The notes beneath the pieces are model-generated. The model ran no database searches. It was not told the DNA's origin and saw only the letters and a list, made by a program, of their open reading frames with translations. Both the position numbers and the translations under genes were made by a program. This document shows positions 1 to 9,758 of a stretch of 64,000 bases of DNA, piece by piece. Source of the DNA: Clostridia bacterium (GTDB lineage Bacteria; Bacillota; Clostridia; Oscillospirales; Acutalibacteraceae); contig JAFWZS010000079.1 in NCBI GenBank assembly GCA_017522205.1, forward strand, positions 5,928 through 69,927, read 5' to 3'. Each line of letters starts with the position of its first letter. Within the stretch, counting starts at the first letter, position 1.

Positions 1-676
1 TGTCGTTGGCAATACAGAATTTCACTACCTCGTTTCTGTAATCTGAGGGCACACCGCAAAGGAAAATTGCATCAACGGTTCTGAGTGATTCAAAAAGCTC
101 CTGAAGAGAAGTCTTTTCGCAGTTGAAGGTACGCACAACGTTGAAACGGTTTTTCATGCTACGGATATTCTTAAGTGAATAGTAGGAATCCACATTGCCG
201 AAAAGTACAATGGTTTTCTTCGGAATATGAATTGAGAAATAAATCTTGTTTGCAAGAAGACACCATACAACTGCAAAAAGTGAAAAAGCAACGAACATTC
301 CGATAAAGGGCCAGAGAGATACAAGACGGTAGCTCAGAAGTGAGAACATTACATAAGAAAAACCCTGAAGGAAGCCTATGGCAATTATCTGAGAGAATAC
401 AAGGTCGGAAACGGGAGCAGTACCCACCGCAAAGCCGCCGTAAACATTTACGAATGAGGAGTAAATTGCAACGAAAAGAGCAAGAAGGAGATAGTTACCC
501 ATTCTGAAGAAGGGGGTGGGAATAAAGGGGTTGAAATGTGTCAGCCACACGAAGTAAAGTATAAGACTGAAAAGGGCAATGATTCCGCCCTTAAAAAGGT
601 ACATTACAAGCTTTTCCTTCTGATATCGCTTTTTCCTTGCTTTATCTGCCTGAGTCATAATTTCATTAGTATCCAT
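1..676 (-). CDS. polyprenyl glycosylphosphotransferase-like sugar transferase, N-terminal part (rest of gene lies beyond window start)
   Basis: My own minus-strand translation from ATG 674-676 gives MDTNEIMTQADKARKK..., with several hydrophobic helices. These are followed by a Rossmann-like block (KTIVLFGNVDSYYSLKNI...VDAIFLCGVP) as in EPS/WbaP-type initiating transferases. It is absent from the ORF track because it is truncated. Confidence 0.5.
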   Translation of the reverse strand, partial: MDTNEIMTQADKARKKRYQKEKLVMYLFKGGIIALFSLILYFVWLTHFNPFIPTPFFRMGNYLLLALFVAIYSSFVNVYGGFAVGTAPVSDLVFSQIIAIGFLQGFSYVMFSLLSYRLVSLWPFIGMFVAFSLFAVVWCLLANKIYFSIHIPKKTIVLFGNVDSYYSLKNIRSMKNRFNVVRTFNCEKTSLQELFESLRTVDAIFLCGVPSDYRNEVVKFCIAND

Positions 677-875
677 ATCATTAACCTCTTGGGTATTTTT
701 GTTTATAGTAAAGCTGAAACTTTAAATTTAACTTATATACAAGTCAATTCTACCACAAAGATTCATTCTTGTAAAGATTAGTTAAGAAAGTGATAAAAAC
801 AAAGAATAGTGTTGACTTGCTTTTCTTTGAGTGTTAGAATACTATTATATAAAAAAGGAGAAAAGGAGTTTTATT

Positions 876-2306
876 ATGAAACCAAACAAAAATCCACTCT
901 GGCAAACCAACAGTATCGAAAGAAAAAGCTATTACAGCTATTTCTTCGGTCAGAATATGATTTACAATATGCTGGCGGCATACCTTACCACCTACCTTGT
1001 GTTCAAGGAAATTGACCCCGTAAAATCAGGTATGATCGTTACTATCGTAAAAATCTGGGACGCAGTAAATGATGCAATCTTCGGCGTTATCTTCGATAAG
1101 GTTAAATTCAAAAGCGGAAAGAAGTACATACCCTGGCTGAAAATTGCCTGCGCACTTACACCCGCTGCAACAATCGCTGTATTTATTATTCCCTCAGCAG
1201 CTTCTGAAGTTGTAAAGCTTATCTGGTTCGCTCTGGCTTATATCGTGTGGGATACAGCTTACACAATCTGTGACGTACCCGCTTTCGGTATTATCACAGC
1301 TATGACAAGCAATATCGAAGAAAGAAACACTGTCCTTTCACTCAAGGGCATCACCGGCGGTATCGGTTCAGCTCTTACAACAGTTCTCGTAACTCTTCTT
1401 ATCGGTCAGACAATCAATATCGGTTACGGCCCCACAGCAGTTATTATTGCAATTGTTGCTGCTGCAACTATGTTCCCCGTATGCTTCAAGTGCGAAGAAA
1501 GAAACAAGGCTGAGGAAGAGGAGCAGTTCACCGTAAGAAGTATGATGAAATATGTAATCAGCAACAAGTATCTTCTTATCTACTACATCGGTTACATTTT
1601 CTATTCAGGCGCACAGACCTATACAGCACTTCACCTTCTCACAGCTTACTACATTTTCGGCAACGAGCTTATCTCCCTTGTAACCGGTACGGTTGCGGCT
1701 GTTCCCCAGCTTATTATGGCTCTCTTTGTTCCGAAAATTATCAGAAAAATTGACAAAACAACTCTCTTCAAGCTTTCAACAATTGCGGCAATTCTTCTTT
1801 CAATTCCCGTTTGCTTTGCAAGAGAAAACCTTGTTCTTTTCATCGTTACCTTTATGCTTCGTTCAGTTCCTCTCGGTATTATCGGCGTTCTCGCATTCAC
1901 CTTTACTCCTGACTGTGCAGAATACGGTCAGTTCACAACAGGTACAGAAGCTAAGGGTATCACCTTTGCAATCCAGACCTTTGCAGTTAAGCTTTCAGCA
2001 GCAATTTCAAGCGGTTTAGGTCTTTTCCTTCTCGGTCTTTTCAATTTCAGAACAGAGTTTGAAGGAATTGAAATCAAGGGCTTTGCAGACCTTCAGGCAG
2101 CAAACGCAATTGCTCTTCAGCCCGACGGCGCACTTGACGGTCTCTGGTTTACCTACAATGTTGTACCCATTATCGGTCTTGTAATCGCCCTCGGCATCTG
2201 GAGTCTTTACAGACTTAAGGACAGCGACGTTCAGATTATGGCTGACTGCAACATCGGTAAGATTTCAAAGGAAGAAGCTACAGCAAAGCTTTCAAGAAAA
2301 TACTAA
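876..2306 (+). CDS. glycoside-pentoside-hexuronide (GPH)/MFS cation symporter
   Basis: About 12 predicted TM segments and the GPH-like motif WDAVNDAIFGVIFDK. AAGGAG RBS lies 8 nt before ATG 876, so the track start at 831 is probably too early. Confidence 0.8.
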   Translation: MKPNKNPLWQTNSIERKSYYSYFFGQNMIYNMLAAYLTTYLVFKEIDPVKSGMIVTIVKIWDAVNDAIFGVIFDKVKFKSGKKYIPWLKIACALTPAATIAVFIIPSAASEVVKLIWFALAYIVWDTAYTICDVPAFGIITAMTSNIEERNTVLSLKGITGGIGSALTTVLVTLLIGQTINIGYGPTAVIIAIVAAATMFPVCFKCEERNKAEEEEQFTVRSMMKYVISNKYLLIYYIGYIFYSGAQTYTALHLLTAYYIFGNELISLVTGTVAAVPQLIMALFVPKIIRKIDKTTLFKLSTIAAILLSIPVCFARENLVLFIVTFMLRSVPLGIIGVLAFTFTPDCAEYGQFTTGTEAKGITFAIQTFAVKLSAAISSGLGLFLLGLFNFRTEFEGIEIKGFADLQAANAIALQPDGALDGLWFTYNVVPIIGLVIALGIWSLYRLKDSDVQIMADCNIGKISKEEATAKLSRKY

Positions 2307-2337
2307 GAAAGAAGCTCCCGAAAGGGAGCTTCTTTCT
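2307..2337 (+). terminator. intrinsic terminator hairpin
   Basis: gaaagaagctccc-gaaa-gggagcttctttc, a 13-bp perfect stem directly after the stop codon. Confidence 0.65.
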
Positions 2338-2342
2338 TAGTA

Positions 2343-2589
2343 AAAGTTAAGAGTTAAAAGTTGAAAGTGGAAATGTGGGGAGCAAAGCTCCGATTATATC
2401 CGCTTTTACAAGCTTGAAACGGACAGCTTTATTCCGCCAAATCAGAGTGAAGCCGTAGGGGCGACCATCGGTCGTCCGATCAAAATCAATTCTTTATCCT
2501 ATATAACCTGATTATCTCCGCAGACTATTGCTTCAATTCTACGCAAACATAAATTTGCGACCACTTCTCAACTTTCAACTCTTAACTTT
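2343..2589 (+). repeat. ORF-less palindromic element, copy A (AAAGTT-hexamer arms plus shared core)
   Basis: Arms 2343-2370 (aaagttaagagttaaaagttgaaagtgg) and 2561-2589 (ccacttctcaactttcaactcttaacttt) are inverted repeats. Core motifs ccgattatatcc, tttattccg, gccgtaggggcgaccatcggtcgtccgat and tccgcaga are shared with the copy at 42111-42365. Confidence 0.75.
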
Positions 2590-2626
2590 GCAGAATAAAA
2601 CCGCCTCAAGGGCGGTTTTATTCTGC
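2590..2626 (-). terminator. intrinsic terminator (16-bp stem) overlapping stop of lipoprotein gene
   Basis: gcagaataaaaccgcc-tcaag-ggcggttttattctgc. Confidence 0.75.
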
Positions 2627-2896
2627 CGTCAGGCCATTCTGTGTTTCATCTGTGGTGTCAGTGGTGTCACCTGTGGTATTCTCTGTGGTGTCCTCGGTTG
2701 ATTCTTCCTCGGTGCTTTCATCTGAAAGAGCCTCAGAAAGATTTTCGGAAAGGCTTTCGCCAATATCACTCATCATAGTTGCACCGTCGTCAAGCATAGA
2801 GGTCACGTCATTCATCGTATCGTCACCGCAGGCGGCAAGTGTGAAAAGGGCAACCACAACACCGATTACAAGAATCAAAGAAACTGCTTTTTTCAT
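2618..2896 (-). CDS. small acidic lipoprotein (hypothetical)
   Basis: Signal peptide with lipobox (LAAC|GDD) and a D/E/T-rich mature part. GGAG RBS upstream. Confidence 0.55.
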   Translation of the reverse strand: MKKAVSLILVIGVVVALFTLAACGDDTMNDVTSMLDDGATMMSDIGESLSENLSEALSDESTEEESTEDTTENTTGDTTDTTDETQNGLTAE

Positions 2897-2999
2897 TGAG
2901 ATATCTCCTTTTTGGCTTTGTTTTACAAAACTTATCTGTGTTGTAAACCTATGCTTATTATTATCTCTTTATGCGTTTTTATGCAAAATTTTGTTTAAT

Positions 3000-3032
3000 G
3001 TGAAAAGCAGCCGTCCGGTAAAGCGGCTGCTT
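3000..3032 (-). terminator. intrinsic terminator after YfhO-like gene
   Basis: aagcagccg / cggctgctt 9-bp stem, followed by a T-run on the minus strand. Confidence 0.6.
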
Positions 3033-3059
3033 GAATCTTTTGCTCGTCGGGTCGGGTTC

Positions 3060-5102
3060 TCATTTTCTTTTTTTCTTTTCATAAAGAACAAGTACCACAA
3101 AAATGAGCATCGAAAAAATACTTATGATTGCTCCCTCTTTGATTCCCGGCACGGTGTAAGACAGTTCAACTTCGTGTTCACCCTCGCTTATCTCAAAGCA
3201 AAGAAGATAGCCTGCCGCCTTTTGTGTGGCAACGCTTTCACCGTCAAGTGTTACACTCCAGCCCTCATCATAGGGAATTGAGAAAAGCATTACACCGTCT
3301 TTTTCAGCTTTTACCGTTCCTTTTATATCGTCGGTATCGAACTCTGTAAGGTTGAAGCCGTTTCTGTGAAGGTAGCTTATAGCTTCATCATAGTTTTCGC
3401 TGCCGCCGCTTACAATAGAATTGAAAAGTGCTTTCTGTGCCTCTTTCCCCTTTTCATATTCTTCAAGGTCGAGGCTTATTACGTCTCCTTCCGAAAGATA
3501 GCCGAGAGGCAGAGCATCTTCATTTACTTTTACGCTGAGACGCTCATTTTCGTTTTCATAGATGAGCTTTTCTTTAAGAATATACTTTATGCCGAAAAGG
3601 TCGTCTGTCATCTGAGTACCTGTGTAATGGGTGCTTACTCTCAGAGCGTAGCGCTCCATTCCGAGATTTTCGAAAAACTTATATGCGTCGGCAGTCATAG
3701 TTGAGGAGTAATAGCATATACCGTTATAGGTGCATTGCTGAGGCAGATTGTTTTTCTTTTCCCCCGTCCACTCCATACGGTAAAAGCCGTCGTCGGCAAT
3801 GCTTTTCTTAACCGTTTCAAATGAGCTTTCATATCTCTGCAGAGAATCAAGACGGCTCGCCCAGGTGTTGCCCTGAAAAACTGTGAAAAAGCTAATCGAA
3901 ACACCTGCAATCGCAACCACCGAAACGGCAGAGAAAAGAGAGTCTTTTTTTAACTTCAGACCTTCTCCGCCCTTTGAAGCAAGGGAAAGAATCAGGAAAA
4001 TTAAAAGAAAGCTCTGTCTTGCAGGAAGCTGATTGGGAAAATGAAAGCCGTGCCAGACAAATTCACCTAAATTTATGCTCATTGAAATAAGCATAAAGAA
4101 GAAAAACAGAAATGAAACAAGTCTTTCCCTTTTCGCTACCTTTTTAAGAAAGAAGAACACCGTCATAAGCACTAAGGCAAAAACCGAGCAGTAGAGATTT
4201 GGTGCTCCGTATTCAAGAGAGATTTTCTGAAAAGGCAAAAACTGACGGAGAAGCTCAAAAAGAGTATATTTAACCTGAATTCCGTCTGTAAATCCAAGGT
4301 CGCTTGCCATTGTAAGGGAAAGTGCTTTTACCGTGGGCAGAAGCACAACGGCTGCTATGCCCCCTGCCACAAGGGATGAAAAGGTGAAAAGCACACCTTT
4401 TTTTATTATGTGGGTGAGTGTGTGCTTTTCTCTGAAAGCAAGGTAGAGAAAATAGAGACAGAGGAAAAGACACACCATATAGCCGATATAAAAGCAGCTC
4501 CATATTGAAAGAAAAAGGGTGATTACATAAAGAACGATTCTGTCTTTTTCCCACAGCTTTTCAAGACCGAGAATCACAAGGGGCAGAAGCATTATAACAT
4601 CTGTCCACATAAGCTGATTTATAAAGGCCAACATATACTGGCTCAAGGCATAAGAAACAGAAAGAGCAGTATAAAGGAAAAACCGTTTGTTGCTGTTTTT
4701 CTCTTTGCCTGTTTTTATAAGATAAAGGGAGAAGAAAAGTCCCGATAGTGCGAATTTAAGAATCACAAGCAAATCTATTGCAACTGCCTGAAAGCTGTGA
4801 GGTACGAGATAAACAAGCAGCCACAAGGGACTGTTGGTATAATAGGCATTCTGCGCCCACAGGTTGAAACCGAGAGCGCCCGAAAAGCTGTAGAAAAGCT
4901 CGCCGTTTCTGATTGCCTCGGTCATATTCATCAGCATGGGATAATACTGTGAAAAGCCGTCCATTGAAATTATGCTTCTTCCTCCGAAGGGTGCAAGCTC
5001 CTTAAAGGCGAAGCTTAAAAGCACCGTAAGCATTGGTATTGTAAAGGAATAAATAAGTATAAGGTGGTTGGTTTTAAGTTTTACCTTTTTCAGAGCTTTC
5101 AC
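3060..5102 (-). CDS. YfhO-family polytopic membrane protein (putative glycosyl transferase/flippase-like)
   Basis: 680 aa with many TM helices and a soluble C-terminal domain. The N-terminus (FGGRSIISMDGFSQYYPML) is typical of the YfhO family. Confidence 0.6.
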   Translation of the reverse strand: MKALKKVKLKTNHLILIYSFTIPMLTVLLSFAFKELAPFGGRSIISMDGFSQYYPMLMNMTEAIRNGELFYSFSGALGFNLWAQNAYYTNSPLWLLVYLVPHSFQAVAIDLLVILKFALSGLFFSLYLIKTGKEKNSNKRFFLYTALSVSYALSQYMLAFINQLMWTDVIMLLPLVILGLEKLWEKDRIVLYVITLFLSIWSCFYIGYMVCLFLCLYFLYLAFREKHTLTHIIKKGVLFTFSSLVAGGIAAVVLLPTVKALSLTMASDLGFTDGIQVKYTLFELLRQFLPFQKISLEYGAPNLYCSVFALVLMTVFFFLKKVAKRERLVSFLFFFFMLISMSINLGEFVWHGFHFPNQLPARQSFLLIFLILSLASKGGEGLKLKKDSLFSAVSVVAIAGVSISFFTVFQGNTWASRLDSLQRYESSFETVKKSIADDGFYRMEWTGEKKNNLPQQCTYNGICYYSSTMTADAYKFFENLGMERYALRVSTHYTGTQMTDDLFGIKYILKEKLIYENENERLSVKVNEDALPLGYLSEGDVISLDLEEYEKGKEAQKALFNSIVSGGSENYDEAISYLHRNGFNLTEFDTDDIKGTVKAEKDGVMLFSIPYDEGWSVTLDGESVATQKAAGYLLCFEISEGEHEVELSYTVPGIKEGAIISIFSMLIFVVLVLYEKKKRK

Positions 5103-5111
5103 CTGCCTTTT

Positions 5112-6431
5112 TTATTTTACAATAACTTCCTTTGATTTCAGGTACTTGTTACACTTGTCCGTACCGCTTTTTACGATAGCCATTGTCCTTTCATAGGAAG
5201 CCTTTGCCTGACTTAAGCCGTCGGTTGATTTGTTAAGTCCCAGCTTTTCAGCCTTGCCGTCCATATTTTTTGAAAGAGGTACTATGTTATATACCTTTTT
5301 TCCGCCTGAGGAGTAAACGTGTACCCAGGTAGGAATGCTTTTTACACTTTCAAAAACGACTTTTCCGTCGCTGTATTTTGAAAAGGTCATTTCAAAAACG
5401 AGACCGTCTTCCGTGTGGCCGGTTTTAAGTCCCATATAGGCTCTGCGCTGATTTGAAAGCACGTTGCCGAGAGAGTATACGCAAACTGTCTTATGCTTTT
5501 TATCTGTTGAAGTGAGAAGGTCAACAGGTTGAACAACGTGGGGATGTCCGCCGATAATTACATCCACTCCCATATCGCAGAGCTTCTGTGCAATTTCCAT
5601 CTGCTTTGCGTTTTGCGTCAGCTGATATTCTTCACCCCAATGAAGATAAACCGTAATAACCTCCGCACCCTTTTTCTTCATTTTTTTCATCTGAGCACTG
5701 AGGTCCTCATAGAAGGGTGCAAGGTTTGAGGGCTTGAACGAATTGATAAGAGGAGCTGTTTTGCTGTCAACGGAAATACCGTTGAGGGATTTTCCGCCTG
5801 ATGACGGTGTTTCAAAGGTATAGCAGACAATGCCGAAATCGATGTCGTTTACCTTTGCAATGAGATACTTCTTATCATCTTCACTCTGTCTTGTACCTGT
5901 GTAAGCAAAGCCTTTTTCCTTAAGTACTTTTTGTGTACGGATAACACCGTCATAGTTTTTGTCAAAGGTGTGGTTATTTGCGGTGAGAAGGCAGTCAACA
6001 CCTGCTTTTTTTAGTGAATCTGCAATCTCGTCGGGTGAATTGAAACGAGGGAAACCGCTGTAGGGCTTGCCTGAGCCCGCAAGAACAGTTTCAAGGTTGG
6101 CTACAAAGTAATCGCTGTCTTCAATAAGAGAATCCGTATAAGTGAAAATGTTGTCGAAGTTGTAGCCGTCAGCCGTTTTTGCTGCATTGAAAATAGGAAT
6201 GTGAATCAGCACGTCACCTGCAGAACGGATTGTTGCCGTTGAGGTGATATGGGGTGGCGGTGGCTCTGTGGTTGTGGGAGCTTCTGTTGTGGTGGTTGGT
6301 GCTGCTGTGGTGGTAGGCTGAATAAAACCCGTATTTTCACCGAGTGTAAGCACCGCACCGAAGGTGAGTATTGCCGCAACAACTGCCAGAATGACAACTA
6401 CGGCAGTTTTGGTAGTATTTTTCTTAGCCAA
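5112..6431 (-). CDS. CapA-family (poly-gamma-glutamate capsule synthesis / metallophosphatase-like) protein, membrane anchored
   Basis: N-terminal TM segment, Thr/Pro linker, then CapA-like blocks (ANLETVL, LLTANNHTFD, GGHPHVVQP). Confidence 0.75.
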   Translation of the reverse strand: MAKKNTTKTAVVVILAVVAAILTFGAVLTLGENTGFIQPTTTAAPTTTTEAPTTTEPPPPHITSTATIRSAGDVLIHIPIFNAAKTADGYNFDNIFTYTDSLIEDSDYFVANLETVLAGSGKPYSGFPRFNSPDEIADSLKKAGVDCLLTANNHTFDKNYDGVIRTQKVLKEKGFAYTGTRQSEDDKKYLIAKVNDIDFGIVCYTFETPSSGGKSLNGISVDSKTAPLINSFKPSNLAPFYEDLSAQMKKMKKKGAEVITVYLHWGEEYQLTQNAKQMEIAQKLCDMGVDVIIGGHPHVVQPVDLLTSTDKKHKTVCVYSLGNVLSNQRRAYMGLKTGHTEDGLVFEMTFSKYSDGKVVFESVKSIPTWVHVYSSGGKKVYNIVPLSKNMDGKAEKLGLNKSTDGLSQAKASYERTMAIVKSGTDKCNKYLKSKEVIVK

Positions 6432-6435
6432 AAAA

Positions 6436-7230
6436 TCATCCCCTAATCTTATGGTTACTTCTTATGGTTATTTCTTCGCTGTAGAGTGTTTTCTCTTCTC
6501 CGTTTTCTGTGAGAATCTGAAGCTGAAGCCGTTCATTTATGCCGAGAACGGTGGCACTGTAAAAGTTTTCCTTTTCTCTTACGGTGATTTCTTCACCCAC
6601 ATAGAGAAGCCTTTTTCTGTATTCCTCAAAAAAGGTCACCTTGGGCATACTATTATAATAAGAGAGAAACTCCCTTAAGAATACTCCCACAAGCCTGTCC
6701 CTTTCAGCGGAAGAAACCTTTTCCTTTAAAGCACCGGCAATATCCTTGATTTCCTCGTTGAAGCCATCCTCAGGCTCAGTCAGGTTTATGCCGATACCTA
6801 CGATAACGTAATCGGTTTTGTCCGAAGATGAAAATGCCGCCTTTGTGAGAATGCCTGCGACCTTTCTGCCGCTAAGGTAAATATCGTTTACCCATTTGAT
6901 ATCAGTTTTCACCGAAAGAACCTCTTCGATTGCCCTTGCCGCCGCAACAGCGGCCATAGGAGTAAGAAGATTGCAGTCCTCCGGCAGAAACGACGGGCGA
7001 AGAAGAATACTCATATAAATTCCGTTGCCCTTTGGCGAGTGGAAGGTTCTGCCCATTCTTCCCTTGCCGCCTGTCTGACTTTCAGAAAGCATAACGGTGA
7101 CTTCTTTTTCACCGTTTCTTGCAAGGTCAGCAAGCTCGTCGTTGGTTGAGGTTACCTCTTCTTCAAAGATAAAACGGACTTTGTTATTATATTGTGAAAG
7201 CTCGTTTCTGATTATCTGTTCGTTATACAT
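6436..7230 (-). CDS. birA: biotin--[acetyl-CoA-carboxylase] ligase (no N-terminal HTH)
   Basis: GGKGRMGRTFHSPKGNGIYMSILLRP biotin/ATP-binding loop; 264 aa. Confidence 0.85.
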   Translation of the reverse strand: MYNEQIIRNELSQYNNKVRFIFEEEVTSTNDELADLARNGEKEVTVMLSESQTGGKGRMGRTFHSPKGNGIYMSILLRPSFLPEDCNLLTPMAAVAAARAIEEVLSVKTDIKWVNDIYLSGRKVAGILTKAAFSSSDKTDYVIVGIGINLTEPEDGFNEEIKDIAGALKEKVSSAERDRLVGVFLREFLSYYNSMPKVTFFEEYRKRLLYVGEEITVREKENFYSATVLGINERLQLQILTENGEEKTLYSEEITIRSNHKIRG

Positions 7231-7233
7231 ATT

Positions 7234-8286
7234 TTATTCCGTTTCTTGTTCACCTGTTGATTTGTATACCATAGGATTTTCATAATCCTTATATTCTTTG
7301 TCAAAATCTTCATTGTAGTTATCCTGAAGCCACATATATCTGTCGCCCTTCGAATCTTCATAGACAAAGCAGTAATAATTTTCTTCGTCATATTCACCGT
7401 CTCCGAGAGGATAAGCGGCTGAATAATTTTCAAGAAAAGCTTTCTTTGCGTCTTCGGGCAGCTTGCCATCTGTCCTGACAAAGGTTTCGTCAAAGTAATA
7501 AACAGACTGAAAATCTTCTGAAATTATTATGTCGGGTTCTGAAGAATTTGCCCAGGCACCGATTAAAACAAATACTCCTACAATGAGAAGAACCTTCAAA
7601 ATACCTGTCAGACAGCCGTGCTTTTTCTTTTCTTCTGTTTCTTCCTCAGTTATTTTATCCATATAGAGTATTCTTTCGGTAACGGACATACTGTAAAGCT
7701 TGTTGAGCTTCTTTTTAATTACACTGTCCGAGGCCTGGAGCTTGATATAAAGGTATTCGGGAATAAAGAAAAACCAATCCACAAGAATGAGTCCCGAGTT
7801 GACAAAGAGAAGAATGTTTCTGTAAAGTCTGAGAAACTTTTTCTTGTTAGTAGGCTCTGCCTTTTTAACGGTAACCGTTCCCTCTGAGGCTATAATGTGC
7901 GGGAACATATATCCTACAGGCATCAGATCAAAAAACTCGGCAATTTTATTGTCACCTGAAACATCGCAGCCTTCTGTAAAATCAATATTGACGTCACCTG
8001 AAATATTATTGATTTCATAAGTGACCTTAAGATTAAGTCCTATATCGGGAACCTTTTCAGCGAACTTCTTTGCAAGCTTCATTAAAACTCTTTCCTTGAA
8101 GGTTTCGGGCTTTTCTTCCTCAAAGCCGTCAAGCAGGTCTATAGCACTTGCTTCAGCGGTAAGCTCAATTTTGTTTCCGAACACGGGAATTTCTGCACTT
8201 CCTCCGGGTGCGACAGTAGCTTTCTGTCCGCCGCAAGACACAATAATACTCTGAAGCTCAATTTTATTGTTGACAATAAGATACAT
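7234..8286 (-). CDS. hypothetical membrane protein
   Basis: Long ORF, first gene of the birA-capA-yfhO operon, with internal TM segments. I recognise no family. Confidence 0.45.
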   Translation of the reverse strand: MYLIVNNKIELQSIIVSCGGQKATVAPGGSAEIPVFGNKIELTAEASAIDLLDGFEEEKPETFKERVLMKLAKKFAEKVPDIGLNLKVTYEINNISGDVNIDFTEGCDVSGDNKIAEFFDLMPVGYMFPHIIASEGTVTVKKAEPTNKKKFLRLYRNILLFVNSGLILVDWFFFIPEYLYIKLQASDSVIKKKLNKLYSMSVTERILYMDKITEEETEEKKKHGCLTGILKVLLIVGVFVLIGAWANSSEPDIIISEDFQSVYYFDETFVRTDGKLPEDAKKAFLENYSAAYPLGDGEYDEENYYCFVYEDSKGDRYMWLQDNYNEDFDKEYKDYENPMVYKSTGEQETE

Positions 8287-8446
8287 TTAAGTATTCCTCC
8301 CTTAAAACAGGACATTTTATACGATAGTTATAATAAAGTATACCACAGAAAAAATCCCATTACAAGAATTTAACCTTTCTTTAGTACAGTTTTAAGGTGT
8401 TGTAAGAATTAAATAGTCAACAAACAGTAAAATTTTCCTTTTTCTA

Positions 8447-8475
8447 TTGAAATAAAATATAAAAGATAGTATTAT
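8447..8475 (+). promoter_or_regulatory. sigma-A type promoter candidate for Fe-ADH gene
   Basis: TTGAAA-17 nt-TATTAT. Confidence 0.45.
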
Positions 8476-8523
8476 AAAAGATAGCAAAGCAAAAGCTATT
8501 ATATTTTGAAAGGATGATTTCAG

Positions 8524-9729
8524 ATGTGGCAGTTAAAAAAAGCCTTTTTCAGAGCATATCAGTCAGTATTTAAGATTGCTATGTTTGCTTTTGACTGGTC
8601 AGAACCCGAAACCCTTGAGGGCCCCGGTGCAATCCGCAAGCTTCCCGAGTTCATTAAGAGTAAGGGCGTAAAAAAAGTTCTTATCGTAACAGATAAGGGA
8701 CTTATGGGCATTCACCTTCTTGATTCTCTTTTTGAAGAGATGACAAAGGCAGGCGTTGAGTATGTTGTTTATGACGGCACAGAACCCAACCCCTCAATTG
8801 AAAACATTGAAGATGCACGTCAGCTTTATGTTGACAACGCTTGCGAAGGTCTTATCGCTTTCGGCGGCGGTTCACCCATGGACTGTGCAAAGGCAGCAGG
8901 TGCAAGAGTTGCTAATCCCAGAATCCCCGTAAAGAAAATGCGCGGTGTTCTCAAGCTCGTACATAAGCTTCCTCCTCTCTTTGCCGTTCCCACAACAGCA
9001 GGTACAGGCTCAGAGGTTACACTTGCAGCAGTTGTAAGTGACCGTAAGACTCACGAAAAGAACGCTATCAATGACCCGAGACTCAGACCCAAGTACGCAG
9101 TGCTTGACCCCGAGCTTACAACAGGCCTTCCTCCTCACATTACTTCAACAACTGGTATGGATGCCCTCACTCACGCAGTTGAGGCTTACATCGGCAGAAG
9201 TAACGTAAAGTCAACAGAGATGTACGCTGAAAAAGCTACAAAGATGATTTTCGAATCACTTGAAACAGCTTACAACGACGGCAAGAACGTTGAAGCAAGA
9301 GAAACAATGCTCAAGGCTTCATACTATGCAGGTATGGCATTCACAAGAGCTTATGTAGGTTATGTTCACGCAATCGCTCACAATCTCGGCGGTTTCTACG
9401 GCATTCCTCACGGCCTTGCAAATGCAGTAATCCTTCCCTACGTTCTTGAATACTACGGTGAAACAGCTCATGCTCGTCTTGCAAAACTCGCAGTAATTGC
9501 AGGCGTTAAGACAGACGGCACAGACAAGGAAAAGGCTGAAGCATTCATCGAAGCTATCAAGCAGATGAACAAGAACATGAACATTCAGGATAAGTTCGAT
9601 TGCATCAAGGAAGAAGACATTCCCACAATCGTTAAGCGTGCGCTTAAGGAAGGCAATCCCCTTTATCCCGTACCGAAGATTATGGATGCAGCAGACTGCG
9701 AAGCAGTAATCAGAAGACTTATGAAATAA
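8524..9729 (+). CDS. iron-containing alcohol dehydrogenase
   Basis: Fe-ADH blocks (GGGSPMDCAKA, PTTAGTGSE, HAxAH-type metal ligands HAVEAY / HAIAHNLG). Confidence 0.85.
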   Translation: MWQLKKAFFRAYQSVFKIAMFAFDWSEPETLEGPGAIRKLPEFIKSKGVKKVLIVTDKGLMGIHLLDSLFEEMTKAGVEYVVYDGTEPNPSIENIEDARQLYVDNACEGLIAFGGGSPMDCAKAAGARVANPRIPVKKMRGVLKLVHKLPPLFAVPTTAGTGSEVTLAAVVSDRKTHEKNAINDPRLRPKYAVLDPELTTGLPPHITSTTGMDALTHAVEAYIGRSNVKSTEMYAEKATKMIFESLETAYNDGKNVEARETMLKASYYAGMAFTRAYVGYVHAIAHNLGGFYGIPHGLANAVILPYVLEYYGETAHARLAKLAVIAGVKTDGTDKEKAEAFIEAIKQMNKNMNIQDKFDCIKEEDIPTIVKRALKEGNPLYPVPKIMDAADCEAVIRRLMK

Positions 9730-9756
9730 AAAACCGCCTTCGGGCGGTTTTTTTAT
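9728..9756 (+). terminator. intrinsic terminator
   Basis: aaaccgcc-ttcg-ggcggttt followed by T7. Confidence 0.8.
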
Positions 9757-9758
9757 TT

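Noticed and set aside
536-781. 81-aa plus-strand ORF at the window start
   Set aside because: It lies antisense to the truncated sugar-transferase gene, whose minus-strand translation shows a coherent membrane and Rossmann-like architecture. It has no RBS.
2343-2378. Hexamer-repeat arms (also at 9759, 28797, 29848, 42111, 48328) as CRISPR repeats
   Set aside because: The repeats are degenerate 6-7-mers in tandem, with an inverted partner 0.07-0.6 kb away. There is no regular repeat-spacer periodicity and there are no cas genes.
6240-6330. Thr/Pro-rich tracts recurring in CapA (6240-6330), the 16475 ORF (16630-16700), the 62186 ORF (62290-62400) and the CotH tail (19340-19400) as a DNA repeat family
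   Set aside because: They are in-frame low-complexity linkers of exported or anchored proteins with different nucleotide sequences. They represent convergent composition, not a repeat element.
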